The translations under genes and the position numbers were made by a program. A DNA stretch of 64,000 nt from Chrysomallon squamiferum (taxonomy: Eukaryota > Animalia > Mollusca), in assembly GCA_012295275.1 (NCBI GenBank), contig CM022670.1, positions 27,466,001-27,530,000 of the forward strand, in the 5' to 3' direction. A model generated the notes under the pieces. That model searched no databases, was not told the DNA's origin, and was given only the letters and a program-made list of their open reading frames with translations. Within the stretch, counting starts at the first letter, position 1; each line of letters starts with the position of its first letter. Shown piece by piece: positions 1 through 13,245 of this stretch.

Positions 1-667
1 GCATTATTACAGAAACCCATAGATCACCAGCGTTCAACTGATTGGCTAAACCAATGCAATTTGTTTGCATTCACCGCAGCCCCCATGCTTGCTTTTGGTT
101 TTTCTCTTCCATTGACATAATTTCTACCACACGTGGGAGAAAAATGTTGCATACGTGATTGGCATAATTACTTGCAATTCACTCTTTCATGCCTTTGCCT
201 TTGTCAGTATTGGTGGAAGGGATAAGCTCAATGACTGATTGGAAATCAATGAATTTATTCTTGCATGGATAGTTCATAGAACCCTGAATGCCCAAAGAAT
301 TTTTTTTTTTCTTTTCCCTTTATTAAGTCATTAACAAATCCACCTTTCATTTTTATTTTTATTTATTTATCATTAGATTTTGTTCCTTTAGTTTTGCAGT
401 CATTATTTCTTGCCAAGAGTGATGTTTGATCTTATTTTTATGTTCTGAACGATGCAGATCAATGGACTTCTGGCTTAAAAGCAATTGGACATGTGTACAT
501 TTAAATGTTCATGTTAATCATTGATCATCTGCAATAGATTTCTTTTAGTTTGTTAAATATTTAATTAATCTCTTGACTAAAGTATTTTAACTCTTTTTTT
601 TCTCATTCCAAATCAAATGTTTCAGCATACTGAAGACATTTCTTGCTTTTTAATTTTTATTATTATT

Positions 668-714
<47 letters not shown>

Positions 715-1924
715 CTTACTCTATATTTTTGTATACTTTCTCTCTCTGTATATATTTTCTCTAAGTTTCAGATTTCTTGATATATCTATGACCATCTTTT
801 TTATATTCCATGCATGTCTTTTTTGGACTTGAAAACTTAATTTTTATTTAAAAAAAATACATTCATGTATTTTATTAGCATCAGGTAGCATCTACCTAAT
901 TAGTAGATTTCCTGAACTAGAGACCATGCAACAAAACATCTTTAAAAAGAATGTAGCAACAATTTTTGAAAAGGATATTGTCATCGTTGTTGTGGATATA
1001 AATTTTATTATAAAAGAAAAAAAGATGGGTCTGTACAATTTACGGGATGCATGTACTTGGTGCAGCCTTTTTATTTTTAATATGCTTATGCTTAAATTAT
1101 CATGTGTAATTGTTACTTTAACCAAGTTTGCCAGATGATCTAGGAAGACAGATATAAATCTGGCTTCAAACTATCCTTTTAACGACTACCATATCTTCAG
1201 TAACTGTATTCAGTTTTAACTGCAATAATTATACATGGATAGAGATTTTTTTTAAATTATTTATTATTTCTTTCTTTCGTTGTTATTGTTATTATTATTA
1301 TTATTATTAATTTATTTATTTATTTATTTATATATTTATGTATTATTATTATTAAATTATTTATTTATATATTTATTTATTATTATCATTAATTAATTAA
1401 TTAACTTATTTATTTATTTATTTATTCTTTCTTTCTTTAATTTAAATTTATTATTATTATTATAATTTTTAATGTTTTTTTTTTTTTTTTTTTTGTCTAT
1501 ATTGTTTAAAATCATCAGATGTGCAGACATGAGTTATTTATGAGACATGATTTCACAAGATCTCTTCAGTAGTCTGACTTGTTTCTTTCCCAGGAGACGT
1601 CTCACATTCAGTGAACAAATGCTTTATTCAAAGAACACACTGCACTTGTGGCATGTTTGCAATTAGTGATCAGTAATGAGTCCCAAGATCATCAGAGAAA
1701 CCTAGACTTGTCTGCCTGCAATTCAGCCCGTCACTTTAATAGCACTTTTTTCTCAAGGGATTACTTCTTCTAGTCTTTTTTATTTTTTTTGTTATTTTGT
1801 TTTGTTATTTTGTTGTTGGTTGTATTTATTTTTATTATTATTATTGTTTTTTTTTTTTTTTTTTTCTTATACATCATTAAATATATCTATTTGTATTTTT
1901 ATTATTTATATATTATTATTATTA

Positions 1925-1955
<31 letters not shown>

Positions 1956-4756
1956 TTGGTTTCATAGTCTTTATTGAAAATGTTCGTTTTGCTGTTATAA
2001 CTTATCCAAATTAAGAAAATAAAATAAAAATAAAATACTCACCAAAATACCCAACCCTAATATTTATATATTTTTATGTATCTCTTGTTTATTTAACTTC
2101 TTCATGGAACTGTTAATTAATAACTAATTGGAAAGATGCAGAAGGAATGGGTTTTTTAATGTTTCTTTAAATATATTTAATTAAAACTAATAATCTTTGG
2201 GTGTCATGAAACATTAATTAAAAAACAAAATTCTGGTTTATGAGATTTAAAAAAAATATATATTTTATAAATCTTTTCATTCTGTCCTTTTTCTGTTTAA
2301 TGACTATGTCAGTTTATAACACAATAATTTGCATGGTTTCCTGTATTAATTAACCTAAAGCTCACAATAATACAATTTCCCAGCAGTTTATATCGGCTTA
2401 ATTTATTTTATTGATCCATTGTCTAACACACGAAATGAATTCACTATTAATCATGGAATATTGGCAGACTGTTAATAAAACATTATCAGATTTATTAAAT
2501 TAATTGCATATAGCAACTTGTTCACAATAAATTTATCTGATAAAAAAATAATATACTAAAACAGATTAATTAATAAATAAAATAAGAATAAATTAAAACA
2601 CATTAAAAACTGTTATCTTTGTGATTACACTGTTTATCAAATTTTGCAGTGATTTAGTGATGGAAGTTTACTAATACAAGAAAACAAAAATCAAAAGCAA
2701 CAAAAATTGAGAATATATATTCAATGAATAAAAATAAATGAGAACCAGTATCATTATTTTTTAAAATCTTTATTTCTTTTTAGGTTTTTTATTTTTTATT
2801 TTTCAAATTATTATTTTAATTATTATTATTATTATTTTTTTTTTTTTTTTTTTATAATTTAAAAATAATATTTTGCAATGATTAAGTCATAGATTTTTAA
2901 ACTTTTGAAAAAACCTATAATATTTTATTTAAGAACTGATATTAAATCAAATGAAACTTTTTTCAAATATTTCTTTCATGGTCTTCACCATTCATACAAT
3001 TATTTTTAAATTCAATTAGATCCTGCTAATTTGATTTCCTTTTATTCAAATTAATTTTTACTTTTTTTTTTACCCTTTATACTGAAATACCTGTGACGGA
3101 GAAATATGACTCTATTTTGCCAGTATAAATGTCATTATTTGATTATTTATTTGGTTCATTAAGCCAACAAAAGTATTGTCAATAATTGTAATTAGAATGC
3201 GGGTTGCTGTATAAACAGAAAAATGGCCACTGTTTATCACATCCATTAAGCACCGTGGTGTGAAGCCAGAATGCGAAAACATTAATTAAACTGTTTGAAT
3301 AGAAAGGGAGATATATGGCTTTTCTTGTTGCTGTTGTTGTTGTTGTTGCTGTTGTTGCTTTTTTTAACATTTCTATGTATTGAATATATCAGCATCACTG
3401 TATCCTCACATGTTTATTATTTCATTAATGTATTTCATTTTTAGCAAGGACTGGACATGATAAATTAATAAAGCAGAAACTTTCTTTTTAAACCATTTGT
3501 ATGGCTCAGTATGCTGTATACAACCCTTTGTTGACAGAAAAAAAAAGTTTAAGCCAGAGGTATTGGACATGTTTTCAAGTGGTATTGCAACATGCAGAAC
3601 TGTTTTTAAACATATCCTATAGTACATAATGTGACACACTTTCTCTGTGGCTTCAGCAACCATATTAATGTTTCTACTATAGTGAATCATTGCATATTAT
3701 GTCTTTTCAGTTTTATCTATCTACTGCTTTTTTTTTATATAATATTTGTACAGACATCAGCCTGTATTATTTCATCATAAGGTTGTTCTTATAGTGAAAT
3801 ATTAACAGAATTCTTATTTTCTTTATATTTTTATCATTTATATATTTCTGTCAAAAGCATCTAGCATGCTAAAGTTATTTTAAACTGTGATATATATACA
3901 GTTAAAATAGAGACACTAATAATTATTTTTGATTATTTGTTTTTTGGTATGTTAATTATTACTTTTCTTATTACACTGCATAAATTTGAAGCTGAAGGGA
4001 GTAATTTGTATTGAAGAAGATTTCCTAACCCCAGGGAAATGTCATCGCTGGATGTAAGTCAGATATGAAAGATTGCTTCAAGCAACACTTGAACTGATCT
4101 GTCCGTTTTACACTATCAGATATTGTCCCCATGGTCAGGACAGTGTCTTTAGGATTCTGCAGTATTTGTGTGTTAGTATATGTGTATGTGTGTGTGTTTG
4201 AACACACATTGGTTTATTTTTCTACGTGCGTCTGTATATGTTTATACATGTCTAACTATTTATGGTTTGTATCTGTGTGTCTCTGTGCGTTTGTATGTTT
4301 GTATGTGTGAGTCTGTGTATACATATAGATACACACACAAATACATTCATAAACACATATAAAGATAATGAAATAGATAGAGAATGAATTCAATAATATT
4401 GATGTTTAGTGTGTTTATGACAAAATTGGTAATTCCCCTCTTTATTTTCTTTCTTTCTTTCTTTCTTTATATGAACATATTCATTATTAAAAAAAGAAGA
4501 AGAAATACCATCACCCCTTGTCCAATTCATTGTTGATGAAATTATTCAAAGTATTTTGCATTGAAATGTATCATAAATGTACATTAAAATTTGTTGTTTT
4601 TGTAAAGTAAAAAATATTTTAGTTTTCATTTAGTTGACATATATGAGTCAAATATCAAACAGAGCAGCATTTATACTAGTTCAAAAAAAGTGTTTACAGT
4701 AAGACAAATTTTACTTGATTAGAAAATGAGGAAAACATACTTAGTTGATTACTTAC

Positions 4757-5452
4757 CACTGGCATAAGAATAAACTGGCAACAAAATCCAATGACTAGGG
4801 AAACCGGGTACTTTAACTGTTTTTTCAAACTGTCCATATCAGTGACACATCCAATACCAAAACTTATAAGAATTGCTACAGCAGCACTGGAACTGTCAAA
4901 AACTAAGTCGGCAAGACGGCGTTCCCGCTTCACCGTCACAGATACTGCTTGCACCAAGTGTGATCGTTGCACGTCCATGATGTTGTGATCCATGTTGAGT
5001 AAAGCCACAGACATAGTCACACGGCCAACGTGCATAGCTTCGATGGTGAAGTTGTGCTCACGTTCAGCCCCTATGGACATTATAGCGTATCTCTCTCTCT
5101 CTGCCATCGTTTCCAAGTCATGTCGTGGTGCAGAGCTCGGCACAGCAACATTAGCATCACTGGACACAATTAGGAGCTGGTACTGGGCACATTTAGGAGG
5201 CAGCTTTTCAGAGGTGTTGCTCTGCCCTTGTGCTTGGAATCCTGATATAAGCAGTGGCGAGCAGTTGAACTGAACACTCGAATGCGAATTTACATTAAGG
5301 TTATTGATTGACGTGGGATTGAAATAGACCAGGAAAGTCTCATTCTGTGGGGCTGTTAGCACCAACTTGGATCTTGAGCTAGCATTGATTTTCTGAAGAT
5401 AGATTACAATCATTATGATACACTTTATGTAAATGCTATACGGAAAGTTCAT
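4757..5452 (-). CDS. SLC10-family (sodium/bile acid cotransporter-like) protein, first coding exon; gene continues left, probably beyond the window
   Basis: ORF 4694..5452: hydrophobic N-terminal signal-like segment, ~150 aa extracellular region, then SBF-family TM1-2 'AILISFGIGCVTDMDSLKKQLKYPVSLVIGFCCQFILMPV'. Donor GTG|gtaagt after LMPV (ac at 4755-4756 on +). No downstream SBF exon (CPGG motif) recognised in 1-4756. Confidence 0.88.
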
Positions 5453-7984
5453 GTTTCAGCACCGAGACACTTAGTTCTATCTGTTTATTGCTACAGGCAA
5501 AGATGATTTGTTTATGACACACAGCCTGGAACAAGCACTAAATGAGGGATAAATAGGGGAGATTTTTTCTCTCCTTTTTTCACTGTTATTTTTTAATGTG
5601 ATTTTTTTTTTTTTTTTTTTACCTGTATTATTTACCTGCCTGCTCTCAGTGGCTGTTAATTCACATTGATCTGTTTTAATGATTATGTTGTTATAAAGCA
5701 CATTTCGGAACTTGTGAATTTCTCTTTTTACTGACTTCAGATAATGACCATTTCAGGGTCTGCAGAGCTTTTTTTCAAACAATGAATTGTTTTTTTCATT
5801 GTTTAGTTCTTGTCCAAACAAAGCTTCATCGATCCTTATAGTGTTATCATCTGTTGTGTACCTACTCTTGTTAAAATGTAACCTTTAGAGTTGCACACAA
5901 CTGTCTGTCCTTATAATTATTTCTCTGTTTCAGGAGCCAGTTTGGTGTCAATGTGTTACAGTTAATAGGTAAACTTTTCATCACTTTGACTATCTTGGCA
6001 GTCGTAAAGTTGTTATTTATTCATCTTGTACTATTCTTTCTTCTAAAGACTTGTAGACAGAATTTCCATTAAGTCCTTACAAATTATCTCAGACTCTCAG
6101 ACCCACAAGAGAAATAATGGTGCCAGGAATCAGTTTTCAGGTACTAACTTAAGCACAAAATTCTTCAACACTGTTTGAATTAAATCAAAGGAGATCTTGG
6201 TTTTGAAAACAATTTAGTAATAAACTACTTAATAAGTAATACTTTACTTATCTTCATCCAAATTGTATTTTTATATAGTTTTTTTTTTCTTAAATTATTT
6301 TCAGAATGCTGTGATCAGATGTTTAATGATGCAGCTGACATTCAATACACTCCACTTTTTAGCCTCTTCACTTTCATTCAGAAAATCCCAATAATAACCA
6401 ATTGAACCTTGCACATAAACTGTTTAGAAAATCTGGCATTTTATTTTTAAGAACTCTTCTGTCATTTGGATGTGTAACAAGAATTCACAGAACAGTACTT
6501 GTAGCCTCTGCCTGATGGAAACAACAGTAATTGTCTTATAGACAGGATTATTTAGTAGAACACTTTTTTCTTTTTTTCCTTTTCAAAGAATTTAATGTGC
6601 AGAAATCATCTTAGTTTATCTAATGTTTATAATTTGTTATTTGTTTTGTTCATTTTTTTCTGAGATCAACTAGGTGCTATAATATGGAAATATAAAAAAT
6701 TCATCAACAAGGTTTTAGCATAATATATTTTAACACCAAAGTTGTCCATTTGTCACAATCTCTTCCATCAAAAGTTTAATAACTTTTTCTTTTTACACAT
6801 CTGAAGATGTTTCTTTCTTTATCTTTTAGGATCTTTTAACAAAACACCAAACTGCACTTGTTCAACATTCCATACATAATGACACATTTTATACTAAAAT
6901 AATACCTTTATCATGATGCAAATTTTCATTGTCCATAACATATTGATTTTGCTAGGCAAGTGAAGTGTAAGTTCTTAATCACTTGCAGAATACTTTTTCC
7001 CATCTGCATTCTATAACCATTTTCCACATGCCTCATGATAATAGACAGTGATTGTACTTGATTGTCTTTTTTGACTGCTTCTGATCTTTCAATTCCCTTT
7101 TATGCTATTGTTTTTATCGTCATGCTACTTCTTAGAAACAGCATCAGTCATTAAGCTTGTTTCTTCTCTGATGTATCAGAATGCCTTTGCTGTCTCAAAG
7201 CTCATTATAGTCATAATCTTGTCAACTTGTCATTGAAGACAAACAAAAATTGGGATCCAGAATCCTAGTTTAAGGATACAACATCTTCACTAATGTTTCC
7301 AAAGACTGAAGTCTTAATGTACTTTTTTTTTTTTTTTTTTTTATTTTATTATCAATAAAACCACACATACACACAGATATATATTTATGTATATCTGTTT
7401 TGTTTCCTAGGCTGTGTCAGAGCACAAACTAATTTTTGGTCTACTGCCCTCATAATTCTATTTGATGGTTCTCTGATTGAAATCAGCTGGGACTTTGTAG
7501 TTGATTTCCTGCCAAATCAATCAGAAGACATCTGGAAAAAAAGATGACGTTTTTGTGTGAAAAATTTTTCACAACTGTTTTACTGAATTATTTAGTAAAA
7601 GGAAAGAAAGGGGTACAGCAAGACATCTGAGAAAAACTAATCTAAATTATGTAGCTAAATTTGGTAAGATCTAATTTAAAATGTGTGTGTGTGTGTGTGT
7701 AGTGTTATTTTTATAAATTGAAAGTCATAAACATCATTTTTTAGAATTCAGTGTATATTAGCTGAAAATAAAAATTTAAATTATAATAGCTTTTTTCTAG
7801 TTTTATAATTGAAAATGATAGAAATTATTTTTTTTATTTTTATTTTTTATTTTTTATTACTTGGTGTTTATTGAATGGGAATGAATCATTTGAATGACAC
7901 CTTTTTACATGAATAATTAAGTGTTGCAACAGTTTTTATTACATAATAATGACATGAAATAGCAAGCACGTCTTAGGCCCTCAC

Positions 7985-8095
7985 TTAGCAGCAAGGAATG
8001 TTTTATGCATACCTTTCTGTGCAGGATAAAAAAAAATCATGCACCAGATTTTGATAAAGCTTTCATGATAGACAGGCTGGTACAAGGATAATTAG
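7985..8095 (-). mobile_element. Fragment of the same SINE family
   Basis: ttagcagcaaggaatgttttatgcatacc...caggata, similar to 10909-10960. Confidence 0.4.
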
Positions 8096-10323
8096 GCCCT
8101 GATCTGTAAAGCCTCAAGCTAAAGATCAAACCTCAGAGGTACAAACCCTTCCTTACAATTACAAGTAATTACAACAGTTTGAATAGGAGGGAAAAGATAA
8201 ATAAAACAATAATTATGATAAAATAAAATTAGTATTCTTAAACAAAAATATTAATAAATGTAAAATTCTTTCTTTCTGAAATTTCTTTTATTCTTATTCA
8301 ATTCCCTTTATGCTGTTGTTTTTATAATCATGCTATTTCTCTGAAACACCATCAGTCATAAAGATTGTTTTTGTGTTATTTTTTTAACACTATATATAAC
8401 ATGTTTTGCATTTTTCTTTTCTTTTTTCTTTTTTAATTTTAAATTTTAAGCAGATTATGACTTCCTAATTACTATTGTTTACTAAAGAAATAAATTAAGA
8501 GAATATATATATTTTTTGTGTTGTATTAATTATTTTTATTTCATTCTTAATATAACATAATTAGAAATTATGGTAAGTTAATGAAAGAATTTTTGGCAGT
8601 TAGTTACTGCATAAATTTCCCAAACTGATTAAATGAAGTGGAATGCTGTTTTGGTGTGGTCTACTAAATCTCAGTGTTATATTGCCCAGGGCTCCTTTGT
8701 AACTGAAGACTTTCATAATGTATTTATATTTTGCCAGAAAGCCATGACATTAGCATAGTTTACAGTTTTATTATATTTTTATTATTTTGGTAAATGATGT
8801 TAAAATCAAAGGCATCTTTGGTGTTTGACTTGCAAAAGTAAGGTATGTTTTGCTTAAATTTTATACATTAAAATATAAAAAAAAATATCCTTTTTAAAAT
8901 CTGGATTATAACAACAATAACAACAACAAAAGAGTCAGAAATTAAACACTAATGTACTTACATTGGAAGATATTTTCAAACAGGAAAACTAATTTACTTG
9001 CTTTGAACCATATGAAGAGACATAAACATACTTATATTTACAGGTTTTTTCCTAATTGTGAAGAAGAAGAAGAAAAAATTTAAATTAAATTAGCAGTAGA
9101 CAAAGGATCAAGTCAGTTTATGGTGAATTTACAGAAGATTATGCTTGTCCACAATTTACTAATATCTTTTCATGCATGGATGGTCAGTTTCATTTTTTTT
9201 TATAATGTGATTAAGAATTGTTGATGGATATTGGTCAATAAATGACCATCATTTTTCACTATAATGTTATACCTTTAACCTTGCAGCAATATTAGAGCTA
9301 CATTTTTGTGCCAGAAGATTGCCATTAACAGATTTATTTGTTAAAAATGTCAAATTAAAAACTTACAGATTATTTGTTTGACTGGGTGTTTTAATTACAA
9401 TACAAATGTTTTACATGGATAAACGTGTACAGTGTATATATTAATTTATGTGTATGTGTATTTGCGCAGTTTCTTACTATTAATAAACATTTATATGTTT
9501 TTATTTTTCATTGCTAATAAATAATAATTAATGGATAATATTTTAATTTATTGTTTTTATTTATTATCATTATCTGGAGTTGTTAAAATCTTGTTCTTTT
9601 TATTTCGAAAAAAAAATAATAATAATAATGTTTTACATTTAAGCATTGTAACATTTTTTTAGCTATGTGTTCGTGGTCAACCTTTGCCTGCAATATGTTG
9701 TTGTTGTTGTTGTTTTTTTTTTTGTTTGTTTGTTTTATTTTGTGGATTTTTACTGTTATTATTGTTGGCAGATCATGGTCATTTACTTTTATTGCTTTAT
9801 TTTTTTGGTTTTTGTTACTTGTTGTTTGTTTTCTTTGTTTGGGTATTTTTTTAAATTATATATTTAAAAAATTGTATTTTATTAATTTTCTTCTGTTCTT
9901 TTTAAAGGCTTTTTATTGTCTTGAACACAAAATGAACTTAATATATTTAAAAAAATTAATAATTGTCTTATTATTTTCAACTGCATTAAATTACAGTTTC
10001 CCATCATGTACACAAATGATTCATTTTCAAACTTCATTTTAAATAGCAACCTCCGGATTCATTAAAGGAGAGTAAATAAAAACTTGACTGCATGCAACAA
10101 ACAGTTACAGTTTCTCTGAGGAAATCCTTTCTATTGCATGTTCTTATTCTTGACAATTCGAACAGAAGAATAGAGTTGATATTATTATTTTTTTTTTTTA
10201 ATATCTTTATTTCTGAAGCAGTAGCTGTTTTGACAGAGGAAGTCAGGATAGAATTATGTAATAAGTCACTTATGATTATCAACTTATCAGTTTTCTTTTC
10301 TAATTTAAATAATAATAATGATG

Positions 10324-10364
<41 letters not shown>

Positions 10365-10859
10365 TAAAAATACAGAATTGTTTAAACAATTTACCAAACA
10401 AAATAAGTGAGAAAGAGAAAAACAATAACAGACAGAAGAGAGAAAGTTAAAACAAAATACATTTGCAATTTTTTTATTATTATTATTTTGGGGGAGGGGT
10501 TGTTTTGTTTTTGTTGTTGTTTTTCTTTGGTTATTTTGTTGTGCATTTTATTGCTGTTAATTTGTATTTTGTTTATATTTTATTTATTCTTTAACATATT
10601 TATTTAGTTTATTGCTCAGTACATATTTCTCTCAGTATTTCAGTTAAGAGAAATTAGCATTTTTATGATGGCATATTCATTAAAAGGATTTTAATATTTA
10701 TTGTAAACAAATCAGTTTAAAATATAATTTTTCTTTTAAAAGTATGTTGATACCATGTAACAGAAGAAATGTTTTTTATCAAATATTCAGCATATTTGTT
10801 ACAAACCATTAATGCATATGTAGCACCATGCACAAGCTTGAGAGCCTTACATATATAAG

Positions 10860-11000
10860 GAGAATGGGGAACCTCCTGCAGCCATATAATGAGGTAATAT
10901 TTTTTTTATTAGCAGGAAGGGATGTTTTTTTGTGAACCTTCCCACAGACAAGGAAAGCTCATACCACACTCTTGGATAAAACTGTTACAGGAAATTGCTG
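10860..11000 (-). mobile_element. Fragment of the same SINE family
   Basis: ttagcaggaagggatgttttt...ttcccacagacaaggaaagctcataccac aligns by eye to 59120-59180. Confidence 0.5.
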
Positions 11001-11489
11001 AACATGTAACTTGTTAGTTTAAGACAGATGGAATGTTTCTGAAAAACAAACTGTATTTTGGTGACTAGCAAATAACATTTTATTGCATCTAGGAAAAGTT
11101 GAGAATCAAATGAAATGTGAAGACTTTTGTTTGTACAAGAAACATTGGGCTGTTTCTAACAGTAAGTCACACGGTAGGCACGCACCCTGGCGTAACGGAG
11201 ACTAAAAGCATGTATTTATATTACTTATTGCATGATCTTTATATTGATTTACTTTAATATCACACTGACTGAAGGCAATCATTCATAATGCCAACTGTTA
11301 ATTAACTATTTCTATTCATTATTTACCTGCATTGGTGGAAATTGCATGTTTTCTGACAAGTTATTCACACACACACACCCATTGTATCACCAGTTTATTA
11401 GAAATCAATTTTACTCTATTATGCGATAAAACATAGTCTTAAAGGCTTAATGGTTTCCTTAGTGGTTTGTGCAAGTGTTTGATTTTTCT

Positions 11490-11528
11490 TTTGAAATATT
11501 TGTTTTGAAACTCGTGATTTTTTAATTT

Positions 11529-11559
<31 letters not shown>

Positions 11560-13245
11560 TTCTTGGCATTAAGAAATAAGAGGATATGTTTAATGATACA
11601 TTTGAAATTAGTATTAATTAGTGACAGTCTTTTAGTAAATAGCATTTTAGCTGTTAAAACCAAAAATGGTTTTGTTGTTGCAATTTCTTTTGCTGCTTTT
11701 TTTAGTGAATAACAAATAAAAAAAATAAAAAATGAACCAACATAATAACTGAGATGAAATGAAATTAAATGGAATAAATAAATAAAACGATCAAAATAAA
11801 ACTAAACCTTAATAATAATAAGTAAAACTGAATAAATAAAATGAAATAAAATACATTGATTTAAAAATATACATACATATATAAATAAATGAAATTATAC
11901 CTATATATTTTGAAAGGTTTTTATTTATTTTATTTTTTTTGTATCTAAATAACTAAAATTACAACAACAAAAAATTATTTTGGAAATTGGTTCATACCAC
12001 TATAGTTAATTTTAAATATATTTAACCAAATTAAACCAATACATAATCATGATTGGTGATTTATATATTTTGTAAAATTTATTTATTACAAAAACAGATT
12101 TAAAAAACAAAATAAATAAATAATAATAAGAATATTTTAATAAGAATATAACTGGCCTGGAATTAGCAACCAATTAACAACCCTTACCAATTAGCTGTTT
12201 ATTTTCTTGTAGTTGTGATATTATTTTTTTTATATAAACTACAACAAAACAATCTGGATGTTCGGCTTGGCAGTTAGCAACCAATTAACTGTGCTTGGCA
12301 AAAGCACTCAATTATCTGTCACAGTGAGAATGTTTTCAAATTGAATGACAACAGATATCCTCTTGCTTTACTGAATACTGACGTAACGAATGATTTTAAT
12401 ATTGGGAATTATTGTTTTCAGTACTGAGGATTGACTGCTCATATCTCAGAGAAGAGGCACAGATCTGAATGAAATAGAATCACTACTCAATTCACTAAAA
12501 GCAGCTTAAGAAATAATATGTAACTGATCTTTGTGGGAAAATCACTAGACAGATTGTACTTCACGTATTGCAGTAGTGGTATCCATTTTAATATTTTCCC
12601 AACTGAGATTGATTAGTGTAGCTTTAATAATAATTTATATATTATGTGAACCTATGTATGTATATCTTGTCTATATTGTTTTTTTGTTTTTTTTAATTAC
12701 TTGCATTTTCTCTTGCATTTTGATGTCTGAAAACTTTTTATTTCACATTGTGTCAATTAGTTTGAATCTGTATGATGTATGTTTTGAGACTTCAAACATT
12801 AATCTCCTGTTCTCTTTGCCTGTATATTCAAAAAGATGCTAAATTATTGAACATGCTTTATGCTTTAGCATCTTTTTTAATAATATGCATGTGTCTAGAA
12901 CCCTACAATTTAATGATAATTACAGTAGGAATCATGCAACAAAAAAAAGATAAAAATAAAAATAAATAAATAAATTTAAAAAAGAAAAGAAAGAAATACA
13001 ACAACAACAAAACAGCTGTAATTTAGGTATTACATCAAAGACTTAAATTACTGACAAAAATTACTGATAAAGCTAAGAGTGATTATTATTTTAACAGATT
13101 AAATGCTATTTACTATAAGACTGTCACTGATTAATATTAAATTTAAAGGCATTATAAAACAAAACCTTTTATTTCTTAAATTTTTAAAACAACAAAACAA
13201 AAAACAAAAAAACCAGTGACCTCAAAACAAAATAATCTGAAAAAA
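11490..13245. mobile_element. Non-autonomous inverted-repeat (MITE/foldback-like) element, or two inverted copies of a dispersed repeat
   Basis: ~11614-11659 ttaattagtgacagtcttttagtaaatagcattttagctgttaaaa is a near-exact reverse complement of ~13089-13134 ttttaacagattaaatgctatttactataagactgtcactgattaa; weaker similarity extends outward to about 150 bp. Confidence 0.6.

Noticed and set aside
617-2014. Phe/Ile/Tyr/Leu-rich ORFs here and throughout the window
   Set aside because: Translations of poly-T, (TTA)n and (TTTA)n tracts.
4791-5273. + strand ORFs overlapping the SLC10 exon
   Set aside because: Antisense shadows of a real coding exon.
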